Under the pieces are notes generated by a model. It ran no database searches. It saw only the letters and a program-made list of their open reading frames with translations, and was not told where the DNA came from. This document shows, one piece after another, positions 1 to 11,319 of a stretch of DNA of 64,000 bases; position 1 is the stretch's first letter, and the number at the start of each line of letters is the position of its first letter. The DNA is from Podarcis vaucheri (lineage: Eukaryota), in assembly GCA_965113315.1 (NCBI GenBank), contig OZ220369.1, one strand, 5' to 3'. Made by a program: the position numbers and the translations under genes.

Positions 1-121
1 ATTCTCAGCCAAACCAACCTCAGAGGGCTTTTGTGAGGATTAAATGGAGAAAAGGAGGATGGGGTAAACTGCCTTGGGTTCCTTGGAGGAAAACTAGGGG
101 GGTATAAATATAATAATAAAA
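1..121 (+). mobile_element. 3' part of tRNA-derived SINE (Squam3/MIR-like)
   Basis: ctcagcc..acctcagagggcttttgtgaggattaaatgg.. core followed by gggtataaat(aat)n tail; truncated by window edge. Confidence 0.55.
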
Positions 122-352
122 ACATAATTCCATGGTTGGCTGAGTTACTGCTAATAGCACTGCCTGCGGCAGCTGATTAACAGGTAGCCATGGTTTTGGG
201 AAAATGGCATTATGCCAAATCAGACTCCCTGGAGTGCCAAGGTTGACCTGAGGACTAAATGTTCCCCATCACATATCTGTTCTAATACTGATTGCTCTGC
301 CAAGTTGTGGTTCCCCAGGGTTTTATCTCCTAACTAATCTGTCATAGATGCT

Positions 353-435
353 TTAGCTGAGATTCATGCATCGCATGGGTGTCGGACTCGATGACCCTTG
401 GGATCCCTTCCAACCCTATAATTCTATGATTCTAT
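353..435 (+). mobile_element. CR1 LINE 3' end fragment
   Basis: gatgacccttgggatcccttccaaccctataattctatgattctat, the typical CR1 3' UTR with ATTCTATG tail. Confidence 0.7.
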
Positions 436-2849
436 TATTTAACTGGAGGTGGCAAGACTTGAGCCCAGAAGCAAAGCATGTCCTGAACCACTGACCTATG
501 AGGCTACTGAGATATGATGCTGATACCTAGGTCTAGATTCATAAATGCCCTATCAATGAGGCTAATAAATGTTGTTCCTTTTATGTCTTCTTAAAAATAA
601 TGATGATGATAAAGAAGAGTGATGAAGAGTGGTGAAGAGTTAACTGTTTAATTTTGTAATGGAATGTTCCCTTACATTTTCTTTTTAAACCAAGCCAAAC
701 AACAACAACAACAAAAATCCAATATATATTTTAGTACAACTGATGCATAGCAGCTGTTTTTTGAAAAGGATAGGAAAGTAAAATCTTATCTACCTTTTAA
801 AAAACCTGGCCTATCAATTTATTTTTTATTTTTTGCGGGATAAAATGTTAAAGAACTGAAATTTTCATGGGCATACTATCCTAGTGAAGATTATTCTTTT
901 ATTGTGATTTTTATAGAGCTTTTATCACATCCAACTTTTATATCAAATAATTAATTTGCATTAAACATCTACAGTGTTAAGCACATAAAAAGTGCCCACC
1001 ACTTTTATAATATACATAGAACCTTCTGCAATGTGGGAACATTTTGATGCACATATATAGATATCCCTTTAAATTATACAGTGCACTTAACACTTTCCCT
1101 TACAGTTGATATTCCCAAATCGTAAGAGCTTGGGGCCTTTCAACAAATGGAACCACTCAGACAAGCAAGTGCCTAACTCTTCCTTTTGCTGTACAGCTGC
1201 TGCAATGTTCAAATGGGATCTTGAGGACCTAAGAGATCTGTGGGGGACCTCAGGTCTGCAGGTTGAATATGGCCCTTCAAGACACCCTATCTGGCCCTTG
1301 GAACTGTTTCCTGACCACACTCTTCAGCCACACTCCCTACTTGTCTTGCTTCACACCCTCCTTGAGTACTTTTGCCCAACTGTGATGTATCCTTGCTCTC
1401 TGATAATGATGCTTGCTTGCCTCTATGGAAGATAGGGAAGGGTGTGAGAGTGTGTGTGGAAACCAGCCTAGTGTACTAAGATAAAATTCACATTCATTGC
1501 TATACCCACTTTTGCCTCTACCCTTGTCCACCCATAGTATGTACCCCCTAGAAACCATTTTGAGCCTGTGCAGTGGGCTTGTGCTAGACTTCTCCACACT
1601 CTCCAAGGCTGCCTTATACTCAGTATGATCTACACAGACTGACAGTTGTTCTGTTATGGTTTCTGTCAAGACTCTTGGTAAGCCCTGTGTGGAGTGCAAA
1701 GGGACTGAACCTGGGACTGTTTGGGAGCGCCGTATCACTGATCCGTGACACTTCCCTTGGAAAAAATTGTTGAGGATATGGATCTTTTGGGACAAATGCG
1801 TGTTGGGTTGAATTGAAGCCAGGTGTCAGTGAAGGTATGCTAGCATATCACCAATTGCTGTGATGGTGCCAGGTGAAAAACAGGGATATCACTGCGTCAC
1901 TGCAATCAAAGTGTTCACAACTGAAATGCATGTGACTGTATATATTGGCCAATATCTATACAACCATGTTCCAAGAGCAGGAATTCAGTTCAGGTTTGAT
2001 ATTTCATTTGCTTTTGCTTGCGTGACATATGTGGGGGTGGTAAGACAGGAAGTTCCATCTTTTCCTCAGAGAAACAGGTGACATCCCTATATTCAGCAAT
2101 AGGTACACACAAAAATTATGCTCCTTCAAGAATCACTTCTTATGCAGAACCCCCTCCCTCTCCAACAGCCTTGCAGAGGGCTGGCATCTGTACATGTGCT
2201 ACCTATGAAGGAACAACATTAAGGAACCTATGAAGGAACAACATAACCTAAGCTAGTTAGTATTGATTTGTTTTGCCTTAGTTATAAATATTCTTTTAAG
2301 TGGTTTTCTGAATAACAAGCCACCAAAGTAATTTTGTATGAAATACAGTTGTATGGAGCCATAGAGATGGAACCAACAGTACTTTCCAGATTTGCAATTC
2401 AAATGGCTTATCTGACAAATACTCAAATTGGAATTTGCTCCATGTGAATCTATGCAATTAGTTTATTTCAAGTTTGCTGCTGATCTTTTATATTACGCCT
2501 AAGGTCATGATTTTTAAAAGTAACCATTTCTGGTCTTGAGAGTAATGAAAATAGTCAATGGTTTGGAAAATATTAATGTGGAGTTGTTTCTTGTATGTGC
2601 ATATTGATAGATTTAACTTAATTCTTATCACTTGATTACATTGGCTATCTCACAGCTTAAATGTTTGAACTGATTCTGTTGACAATAATTGTGTTTGAAT
2701 TATAAAAGGTGAATGCATGAGATATTATGCCTTGATCACACTTCTAAATGAGTCTACAGGGACTCATCAATGGTTTTCCTCAAGCCTTCATGGAATTTGG
2801 ATTCATCATCAGTCTGATAAAGGCCAGCATCCCGGGTCAGGACGTTACC

Positions 2850-3450
2850 AGCACTCCATGCTTCATCTTGAAGTGATAGACAATTTTGTCTACCTGGGCT
2901 CCACCAGAATCAGTAACCTTTCCATCAGTGCTAAACTGGACAGGCATATTGGCAAGGCAGCTACAGTAATAGTTCACCTTTCCAAAAGGGTATGGAAGAA
3001 TGTAGTGCTAATGACCAATACCAAGATGAAGTCTAGCAGGCTTGCATGCTGAGCATGCTGAGTCATGGGCAACTTACACCAGCCAGGAGCCTGTTGGCAG
3101 ACCTTCTCTGCATTACCAAGTTTTCTACAAACATGACGCGACGGTTGGCAACATCAACCATGCTGTCCTGGAACCCTTTGCAGATTATCATAGTGCCTGG
3201 AGACAGACAGACAGTTTTTGTTTCCACAACAGTAGAGAACTAATGACTGCTGGGAGGACCACAGAGGGGGGGGCACTTGGAACATCTGCAGCAGCACAAT
3301 TGGATGCCTTCATCTTCCCCAGCTGCAATGAAATCTATCTCTCCCATATTGGTCTCTGCAGCTGCAGCAGATGTTGTAACTCTCCAGTGGTTTGACTCTT
3401 ACCCCCAAAGTCTCACTTTTCCATTATCTCCTGAGATGAATGCCAACAGG
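2850..3450 (+). mobile_element. Degraded RTE-clade LINE 3' part
   Basis: LEVIDNFVYLGS...LDRHIGKAAT..HLSKRVWKN..L..NTKMK (RTE ORF C-terminal region); degenerate C-terminal Cys motif FPSCNEIYLSHIGLCSCSRCC; frameshifted. Confidence 0.7.
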
Positions 3451-4081
3451 AACAGGATTTGTGCATTCAGAAATGATTGCAGCCAAAGTCATTCCAGTAT
3501 TGCTTTAAAAAGAAAAAGAAAAGAAAAAAACCTCTCCTTCGTACTGACATAGTATATCTTCTCTCTATGATATACTCCTTGGAGAATTTCCGAAGGAAGA
3601 AGGATCTAAAGTAAAGACTTTAAAATGCTGGTTGTCATTTCCCAGGTCACAAAGCCTTTTAACACAACAAATGCTGGTTCTCTTAAAAGAGTGCCTTAGA
3701 ACACTCTGAGTCAGAGAATAGATCTGATACATCAAAGGTGGCCTTGGCTCTCTATTCCTTTTGTAGCTTCAACAAACCCAAAGTCTCTGTGCTCTTAATC
3801 TCAGCTCCCTTCCTCATACAAATCCTTCATTGACCTTTGGCAAGTGTTACCACCACCGTAGTTAACTCTTGAAGGACAAATGATTTTAGCAGATGGATAG
3901 GAAGAGAGCAGATTTTTTTCATAAATGCATGTTTAGTGCATTGCTTTTACTACCACCTTTTTACTCCACCGAAGGCTGAGCCTAGAAATTACACTCAATA
4001 TCTCCCCACCCACCTCTTTTTGTATGACAAATTTCCTCACCTTTTTCACAGGTGCCAGCATTTCAGGATAGCTGCATTTCA

Positions 4082-4295
4082 GGGTTAGGTACTTAATTCG
4101 TTCTGTAGGTCCGTTCTTAACCTGAAACTGTTCTTAACCTGAAGCACCACTTTAGCTAATGGGGCCTCCCGCTGCCGCTGAGCCGCCGGAGCACGATTTC
4201 TGTTCTCATCCTGAAGCAAAGTTCTTAACCTGAAGCACTATTTCTGGGTTAGCGGAGTATGTAACCTGAAGCATATGTAACCTGAGGTACCACTG
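4082..4295. mobile_element. Tc1/mariner (pogo/Tigger-like) MITE, one end truncated
   Basis: Near-identical to the complete copy at 41824-42049; ends gaggtaccactg followed by TA. Confidence 0.8.
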
Positions 4296-4539
4296 TATTG
4301 GCTCAATGAGTGTGAATTAGGTACCCCCCCCAATTAAAATGCAAGCAAAATTTAATTTTCCCCTCATCCCTACTGTCCCCATTTGGTTGACCAGGAAATG
4401 AATAGTCACAGGGGTCTTAACCCCGTGCTAGAAATAACATTCTGCTCTAGCAACCAGGATCCCTGATGCCGCAGAACCAAGAGAAATGTAACTCAGCAAG
4501 AGGAAGAAAAGGCACTGGTTAAATGCACCGAATGTAGTG

Positions 4540-4683
4540 NNNNNNNNNNNNNNNNNNNNNNNNNNNNNNNNNNNNNNNNNNNNNNNNNNNNNNNNNNNNN
4601 NNNNNNNNNNNNNNNNNNNNNNNNNNNNNNNNNNNNNNNNNNNNNNNNNNNNNNNNNNNNNNNNNNNNNNNNNNNNNNNNNNN
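4540..4683. other. Assembly gap (144 N)
   Basis: Run of n. Confidence 1.
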
Positions 4684-5654
4684 GCTCCCTGTAGCTGCAG
4701 GGACAGGAGGGGGAAACCCCAGCTCCAGCCCTAGCCAGCTCCAACCCATGGCTAGAAGTGCCTTTATGGAACAGCAAAAGCAATACATTTCTGAAATTTA
4801 ATTTTTGTTTATTGCGTCCCTATTTTTGGCATTAAGGAATGGAATGAGATTACATCCACTCCCCAATCTAAGGTGCAAATGGAATGAATCAACAATATCA
4901 TGGTTGACATGTTCCCACTTGTTAAGTCTTCCCAGCTGGATCCTCCATTTTTTAATTATGTCTTAACACAATTTCCTCACCTAAGTTTTTATTCATTTCG
5001 CTATGGTTTCACCTAATCTAAAATTCCCATAGTTTTACTACTTGGAACATTTGATAAACTGTGACCTTTTTCCCCCATTGCATGTTATTACTTCTCCATG
5101 TGGAAACATCTGTAACATAAAGCAATTAAAAGCCTATGTGACTTGATAGCCACTGCCTCACTCCTCCCCCTCCTGGCACACCACTGTGATCACAGTGATG
5201 AGAGGTCAGGTGAACAGAACCACCCTGCTGGCTACTGCCGCTTGGTCCTGCACTTCCAAAAGCACATGAGAGCAGTCAAGAGCTGTGAACTGCTCCCAGG
5301 ATTATACAAGCAGTGCCTATTGCTTCAGAGGACCCCAGAAGCACTGCAAGAGACCAGAAGTTCTGGGAGAGTGCTTTGCTCACCTTTATCTGCCCCAACT
5401 ACCCTTAGGAAAAAGTCATATCTAAATTCTTGATCATGAAGAGTGCTTGACCTCCTGATCAAGTGATGGGGAAGGGGTGCCATTTTCACAGGACGGATGG
5501 CTGAGCAACATTGGGGTGCATATGTGCGCATGTGTGTGTTGGTCTCTGTCTGCGGCTTTTTCTGTGTTAAGTTTTTCTGTGTGTTTGCGTGAATGGGGTA
5601 AGTTTTGCCATTGCCATCTTTGGGCCTACCCATTATCAATATGCAGCCACCAAC

Positions 5655-5800
5655 CACTTGTATTTTATATGCAGAAGGCTCCAGGTTCAGTCTCCATCGT
5701 CTACAGGTAACACTGGGAAAGACCCCATCTGCAACCTTGGAGGCTTTGCAGTCAGTGTGGACAGTGCTGAGCTATGTGGACCATTGCTATGACAGCTTCC
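5655..5800 (+). mobile_element. Old tRNA-derived SINE
   Basis: atgcagaaggctccaggttcagtc B-box-like head; related copies near 32620-32790, 53720-53890(-), 56965-57085, 58935-59100, 24325-24500(-). Confidence 0.5.
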
Positions 5801-6859
5801 TGCGAAACACAGCCCTTGAAAAGGGGGGGGGGAGAGTACTTGAAGTGGCTTTAATGCTCAATATTTTTACAATTTGTCTCTCGCTGCTGCGTCCATTAAG
5901 TGTTAAAAACATTAACAAGCTGAAGCACCACAACAACACACAGAATGAAGCAAAAAGCTGCCGTTATTTTTTTTGAACATTCTGCCTTCTTGCCAGGTCG
6001 AGACATCCAGCTGTTAAGGTTTGTGCTCATTATAGTTATCTGCAATAACATTCATCATGTTATGGTAATCAGATTAGATAGGTAGGTGTAGGTGATAAGT
6101 GCAGGACTGAGCATAATCAAAATAAATGAACCTCTCCACTTAATGAAAAATATTTCTTGAACTGGGGGGGGGGGGGAAGCTCTCCAAGAACAAAATTAAA
6201 AGCCTGAAATTAGGCACAATCAAGGAACAGTGTGGTTTTGTCGACACTCTCTTTATTTCTAGGTAATGATGTTTAAAATTACAAATGTCCGTAATTTGCA
6301 AAGCTTTTAAGGTTGCCATCATGAAGTTGCTGTTTTTCTCCCCTAAGTGTGCACTTATATCTGTTATATTTATATCAATGTGTCTATAAATATGTACATT
6401 TAGAGCTAAACTCTGTGCTATGCAGGAGACCCAAGCTTTTCTTTTTCCCTTTTAAAAACTGAAATACAGTCTCTTCAAATCTGACCAATTTTTATTTTTT
6501 TTACATGGGTGGGGGAACTTAACTCTCCTTCCACTTTTCAAAGACCACATTGCTTCCAGCAATGGTGGGGAGAATACAGGGCCTGAATGTCATGAGTCTC
6601 ATGAAAATGTTGTGGAGAGGGTAGGTGGACAAAGAAGAGGAACAGGAAGGGCTTGGGGGACTGGAAGAGGGCAACTCCAAGGAAGGTCCTAGCAAGTTGG
6701 GGGATAAGAACATGGGAACCCTAGGATGTCTCTGACCCAGGGGAGGGTCCTAGAAGATTGGGAGGTGAGGATCTGGATTCAGGGTAGGGGGTCTAGTGAC
6801 CTGTCAGAGGAACGGCTCACTTCTGTGGTACCGGGCACCTCAAGCAATATGTCACCAGC

Positions 6860-7576
6860 TGTGGAGGTGCCTTGCCAAATGCAAGATGGCTCTTTTCAAA
6901 TTAGATTTGGAAGCAATACAAACAGAAGTAGGTGAGAAGGTTAAATATTTTATTCCATACAGCAAGCAAACTATACATTACCAAGCAAGCACTTCAATCT
7001 GCCATGTAGAAGCCCTGAAGGAGTGGCGAAGTGTCCCCCAGATAGTCTTGGTGCACAACTCTACGGCCAATAGACTGTGCTGAGCTTCTGCCTGACATGC
7101 CCCTAAACCAGATGTTTTCTAGACCTGGGTCCTGTTAGGATAATATAGGCTCGACTTTGAGGTGTTCTACATCAAAAGACAAAAAGCCAGGCCATACATC
7201 AAAGGCTTTCCTGACCAGTGTCATCAACACATCAAAGACCTTATTACAAGGAATATAGAAAACAATAAAACACAGATAGGAGAGTTAGGTAGGTAACCAG
7301 AGACAGGAAGAGTTGACCATGTCAGATCATTATCCCCTTGAAATTACAATAATCTTCCGCATTATCCACACCACAGGAGGTGGCACAGGTGGCTTCTTCT
7401 GTCAATGAAGAGTCTCCCCCTTCGGGGATAAGTCTGGCTGTGAGTTGGCTATGTGAACTCGACCTTCATCTTCAAGGATGTGGAGGCTAAAGTGCTGGAG
7501 TGAGCAGACCAGGCATGCCAAGCTTTGAGGGAGGAGTTCCTGTTTCCTTTACCCAGTCCTGAGGTTCAAGATGTCA
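6860..7576 (-). mobile_element. Putative LTR (minus strand) with PBS-like site and leader remnant toward ~6530
   Basis: Minus strand reads TGAC...AATAAA (plus tttatt 6949-6954)...cctccaCA, then gc-TGGTG; no TSD confirmed. Confidence 0.35.
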
Positions 7577-8489
7577 ACTGTGTGAAGACGGCACAGCGCC
7601 ACCCACATCCCATCTGTAGTACCCATAATATTATGCTCATTGACAAGCAGGGACGGAGAAAGGGTGGGGGTGGGGGCGGATCACCCCGGGTGTCACCAGT
7701 GGGGGGAGTGACGCGGTGGCTTCGGTGCCCACAGGCTCCGCACTGCCACAAATGGTCCGTCTCCCGCCTCTCCCTCAGCAGTAGGGTGGCTGAGTGGAAG
7801 GAAGCAGGCAGACTCCTCGGAGGTCCTGCGGAGTATCCTGCCCTGGCTGGCCCCGCCAGGTGCCTGATCGGCTTACTCCACTGCTATTGACAGGTCAACA
7901 TTCTTATATGCTATGGAATGAACATTATGAAATTTTTAAGGCTCATAGGGAGTTTATTAAGTAGAAAGTGCCTATCATACATATGTTATAGAAATAAATG
8001 AAAACAGACAAATGGATTTCTTGTCAATTCATAGCATTCATTTCTATCCACTTTTTCTTCAACTCTGCTTCTGAAAACTGGGTTTGTGAAATAGATATTC
8101 TACTTTAGACTGATCACGAAAATTTGGCATACAGATCAAATTTCCTTCTAGGCATAGTTTGGGTGAGACAATATAAATGAATGTCATAATCCTCTAATGT
8201 CTACGATCCCCATATGCATAATTGCTTATGTAATGGAACCTTATGGTGGCACATACTGATAAATTGCAAGGGCATTGTTTGAAATCTTAATGCTGAAATA
8301 GCTGTATGCAGGGAGCTCAAAGTAGATCATGAAATTATTTTTCTAATGCTAACTTATCACCAATGTGGTTCTTGGTTTAAATAATGGGGTGCTTAGGGGT
8401 TGTTTTTTATGTGAAAGTTAAGCAAACAAGAAACATCGTGTTTGAAAAGAATAAATGCATCAGAGAGTCAAATTCCCTAGCTTGCCATC

Positions 8490-8844
8490 TGTGGGAAAAT
8501 GATTGCTTGTACATAAGAGCATGAGCAGAGTTCTTATTATCGCAGAGTGATTTTACAGCACGAGATATTGTTAAGAGCTTGATGAGCATGTGAACACCTC
8601 ATGCTAGACTAAATGATTGGCTCACGTAGCATAGTACTCTCTTTGTCTGCGGGCAAGAGCAAGGTTGCATTCCTTTGATTGTTACTTTTGAGTACCAGGC
8701 AGAGCAAGCGCTGTGCTGGAGGAGAGAGGATGAATTTTTTTACTGCGCACAATAAACATTGCATGGCAAAAGCCAAAGCTTTTTCTTCAAGTCATCTTGG
8801 TGTGAGACTGATTTTCTTACTGATGTCGAGCTGCCTTCTCGACA
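8490..8844 (+). repeat. 5' LTR
   Basis: tgtggga...ctcgaca; AATAAA at 8751-8756; no differences from 3' LTR seen by eye. Confidence 0.95.
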
Positions 8845-8846
8845 TT

Positions 8847-8861
8847 TGGTGCCCCGTGTGA
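8847..8861 (+). promoter_or_regulatory. Primer binding site, complementary to elongator tRNA-Met 3' end
   Basis: TGGTGCCCCGTGTGA 2 nt after the LTR; vertebrate tRNA-Met(e) ends ...TCACACGGGGCA-CCA (recalled); 15-nt match. Confidence 0.75.
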
Positions 8862-9199
8862 CTGCCTTCGGACTTCACGTTGTTTTTCATTATTCAGCAC
8901 TCACCAACACGTCGTTCATCCACGTAGTGGATCCCTGGTGAGTGCTCCCGTGTGATTTCTTTTGGATTTCATGCTGTTAAACAACGTTCAGCCTCACCTC
9001 GCCTGGCAAGGGCTGCAGACGCGTCGTTCATCCACGTAGTGGATCCCTGGTGAGAGCTCCCGTGTGAATGTGATTCTGGACTACGTTACGGACTTATCAG
9101 CACTTACTTCCGCCCGGACAGGGCAAAAAGGCGCCTCCCTCATCCTCCTAAGGATCCCTCCGGTAAGTGCTCCCTGCTCTTTTTGCAACTCTTGCAATC

Positions 9200-10255
9200 A
9201 TGGGAAAGTCTCTCTCTGCACCACAGAAAAAATTTTATAAAGACCTTAAATTCCTTTTGGCCAGTAACAACCTTGCTGTTCGGAAAGCTGACCTTAAGTC
9301 CCTTATAAAAGCCCTGGACACTCACTGCCCCTGGTTCCCCCAGGACGGAAATTGGGAGTTAGACGATTGGAAAAAAATTGGACACTTCTTTCAAAATCAT
9401 CCTCAGATTGATGTCAAGGTTTTGCATGCCTGGAGTAACGTCTACAAAGCTATGTCGTGTTTAACTCCTTCAAACATTCTTCTGGCTGCTGCAACAACTT
9501 CTTCGCCCGCCCTCCCCGCTCCCGCTTTGCCTGCCTCAAACCTACCTCCTAAACCGCCGGACATTTTCCCTTCGGCTCCTCCTGTCACTCCCCTGCATTC
9601 TTCAAATTCTGCAGCACCCCCCACTCTTCTACCTCCTCCACCCAAGGCATTTGGCACCGCTCCTACAATTCCTCTTCAAAGATCTCTCTGTGCCACCGCT
9701 CCGTTGCTGCCTTTTGATTCTGATACTCCAAATCTCTTTCCTGTGATTGCTCCTGCACCCTCAGCCCCCGTCATGCTGAGCCAAACCGATGTTCTCGATG
9801 GGCTGACGGGAGGAGGAAATTTTCTTCCTATTGCCCAACAGTTGGTCCTTGATCCTATGTATTGGGCAGCCACCACAGCCTCAGCCCAAGAGACTTTGGC
9901 CTCTGTCCCTGATGACAAGACTGAGCGCAATGGCCGATGGGACAGCATCAGACAGGGCCCTGCAAAGCCCTATGGACAATTTGTTGATCGCTTGTATAAT
10001 ACCTTCAAGCGGCAAGTTCAGGACCTGGCAGCACAAGAACTGACTGTACGCCAGCTTGCGTTTGCTAATTCAAATGAGGACTATAAGCAAGCACTGAGCC
10101 TTCTAATGGCAACATCAAATATAGCCATTGCTGATATGCTTAAAGCCTGCCAGTCAGTGGGCACTGCTAGCCACGGCCTGCTAGCCACGGCCTGGTCCTC
10201 CTCCGTGTCCCAAATTCCTGCAAAGGATAAAACCTGTTGGCTTGACAGTGGCTAA
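9200..10255 (+). CDS. gag: Internally deleted beta-like Gag, 351 aa (MA, Pro-rich late region, partial CA; no NC)
   Basis: MGKSLS myristoylation motif; beta-type MA CPWFPQDGNWELDDWKKIG; two PSAP late motifs; MHR IRQGPAKPYGQFVDRL; LAFANSNED..; MLKACQSVG; no CCHC knuckles. Confidence 0.88.
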   Translation: MGKSLSAPQKKFYKDLKFLLASNNLAVRKADLKSLIKALDTHCPWFPQDGNWELDDWKKIGHFFQNHPQIDVKVLHAWSNVYKAMSCLTPSNILLAAATTSSPALPAPALPASNLPPKPPDIFPSAPPVTPLHSSNSAAPPTLLPPPPKAFGTAPTIPLQRSLCATAPLLPFDSDTPNLFPVIAPAPSAPVMLSQTDVLDGLTGGGNFLPIAQQLVLDPMYWAATTASAQETLASVPDDKTERNGRWDSIRQGPAKPYGQFVDRLYNTFKRQVQDLAAQELTVRQLAFANSNEDYKQALSLLMATSNIAIADMLKACQSVGTASHGLLATAWSSSVSQIPAKDKTCWLDSG

Positions 10256-10520
10256 GGAAAAAATCCAGCGGACTTTACCCATTACGTACCTGGGACACAA
10301 GCTGACAGCATCTGCACCCATTCCAGTTACGCCTCAACTACAGTTTCCTGGTTATCTTAGATTGGTGGATTTACAACAAATTCTTGGACAGCTGAATTGG
10401 ATAAAGAGTTATTTGGACCTGCCCACCTCCACTTTGTCTCCACTATTTTCTGCCCTTAAAGGACACAAGAATCCAGCGGACAAGATCACAATCACCTCTG
10501 CAATGGAAGAGGCTCTTCCA
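10239..10520 (+). pseudogene. pol: pol remnant: RT palm end and thumb
   Basis: GLTVAKEKIQ..P..YLG and LVDLQQILGQLNWIKSYL, typical of class II RT; YxDD region and protease absent. Confidence 0.85.
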
Positions 10521-10639
10521 CAGCTGTTCCAGTGTTTCCTGGCACGCTGAAAGGCCATCTTCATCACTACTGCATTGGCCCCCTTTTCCCTGGGAAGCCA
10601 CTTCAACCACCAAACATCATTACAGTTTTGCTGCCTCTT

Positions 10640-10750
10640 GTTTGGGAAGTGAGCCTGGCTTTGAAAGATGTCCTTGCTGGACTGGCATCGCTTGGGTTTT
10701 GCCTCCTAATAGCAACCATCCCATCTGTGTCACCACGCTTCATTGGGCTT
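10640..10750 (+). pseudogene. Possible integrase C-terminal remnant
   Basis: TGIAWVLPPNSNHPICV resembles the beta IN C-terminal GxAxVxP..PxWV pattern; weak match. Confidence 0.35.
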
Positions 10751-11319
10751 GGACTTTTGACTCAGCAGCACAAGGAGCAATACATGAGACTTATTTACAG
10801 CAAATGGGCTCCTGTATCTGCAGAAATGGTTGTGTGACTTCTTCTGGATTGTGGTTTTTACATGCCAATAATCGAGCCATGAAATATCACACAGGTTGCT
10901 CGGAAGTGGCCTTTGGACTAATTTACCATTCTCATCCTTATTGGCATCACTTGGATTTTACCCCCCAGATTTTTTTCTCCTCCTCCCTCAGGAGTCCTGC
11001 CTTATGATGTGGTCCCCTGAGCATGTACAGAGGGTTATCTTGGAACTATTGTGGACTCTTGGCAAGGGAGGGGGTGAGGGGATTTAAGTGTGTTCCAGTT
11101 GTTTCATTTTTGTGCTTTGGCATGGTTCCCGGACAGAAAGCAAGTTGCAATATGGTTCTTTAGCAAGGCCTACGAAGACAATGGGCTCTGTTCTCGACCT
11201 TGTTGCAATCTTTTTAGTTACAGCAAGCGGAATATGCTTGGCTATTGCCTTTTAGCTGCTGAGAAAAATGATTTTGAAAAGCTTTAAAAAGCTTTGAGCT
11301 TTTTTTTTTGGTGGTGGTA

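Noticed and set aside
1087-2233. ORFs of 70-152 aa as possible host exons
   Set aside because: No recognisable domain, codon pattern or convincing splice context; the same applies to the other short ORFs in the window
4493-4788. ORFs spanning X runs
   Set aside because: Artefact of the N gap
8679-8861. Identical short ORFs at 8679 and 12433
   Set aside because: By-product of the LTR duplication; no protein motif
8910-9067. Repeat-spacer-repeat pattern resembling CRISPR
   Set aside because: Only two copies, inside a retroviral leader in vertebrate DNA, with no cas genes
9167-9199. ORF-track GTG start giving a 362-aa Gag
   Set aside because: The ATG at 9200 yields the canonical MGxxxS myristoylation start; the upstream GTG lies in a splice-donor-like leader repeat
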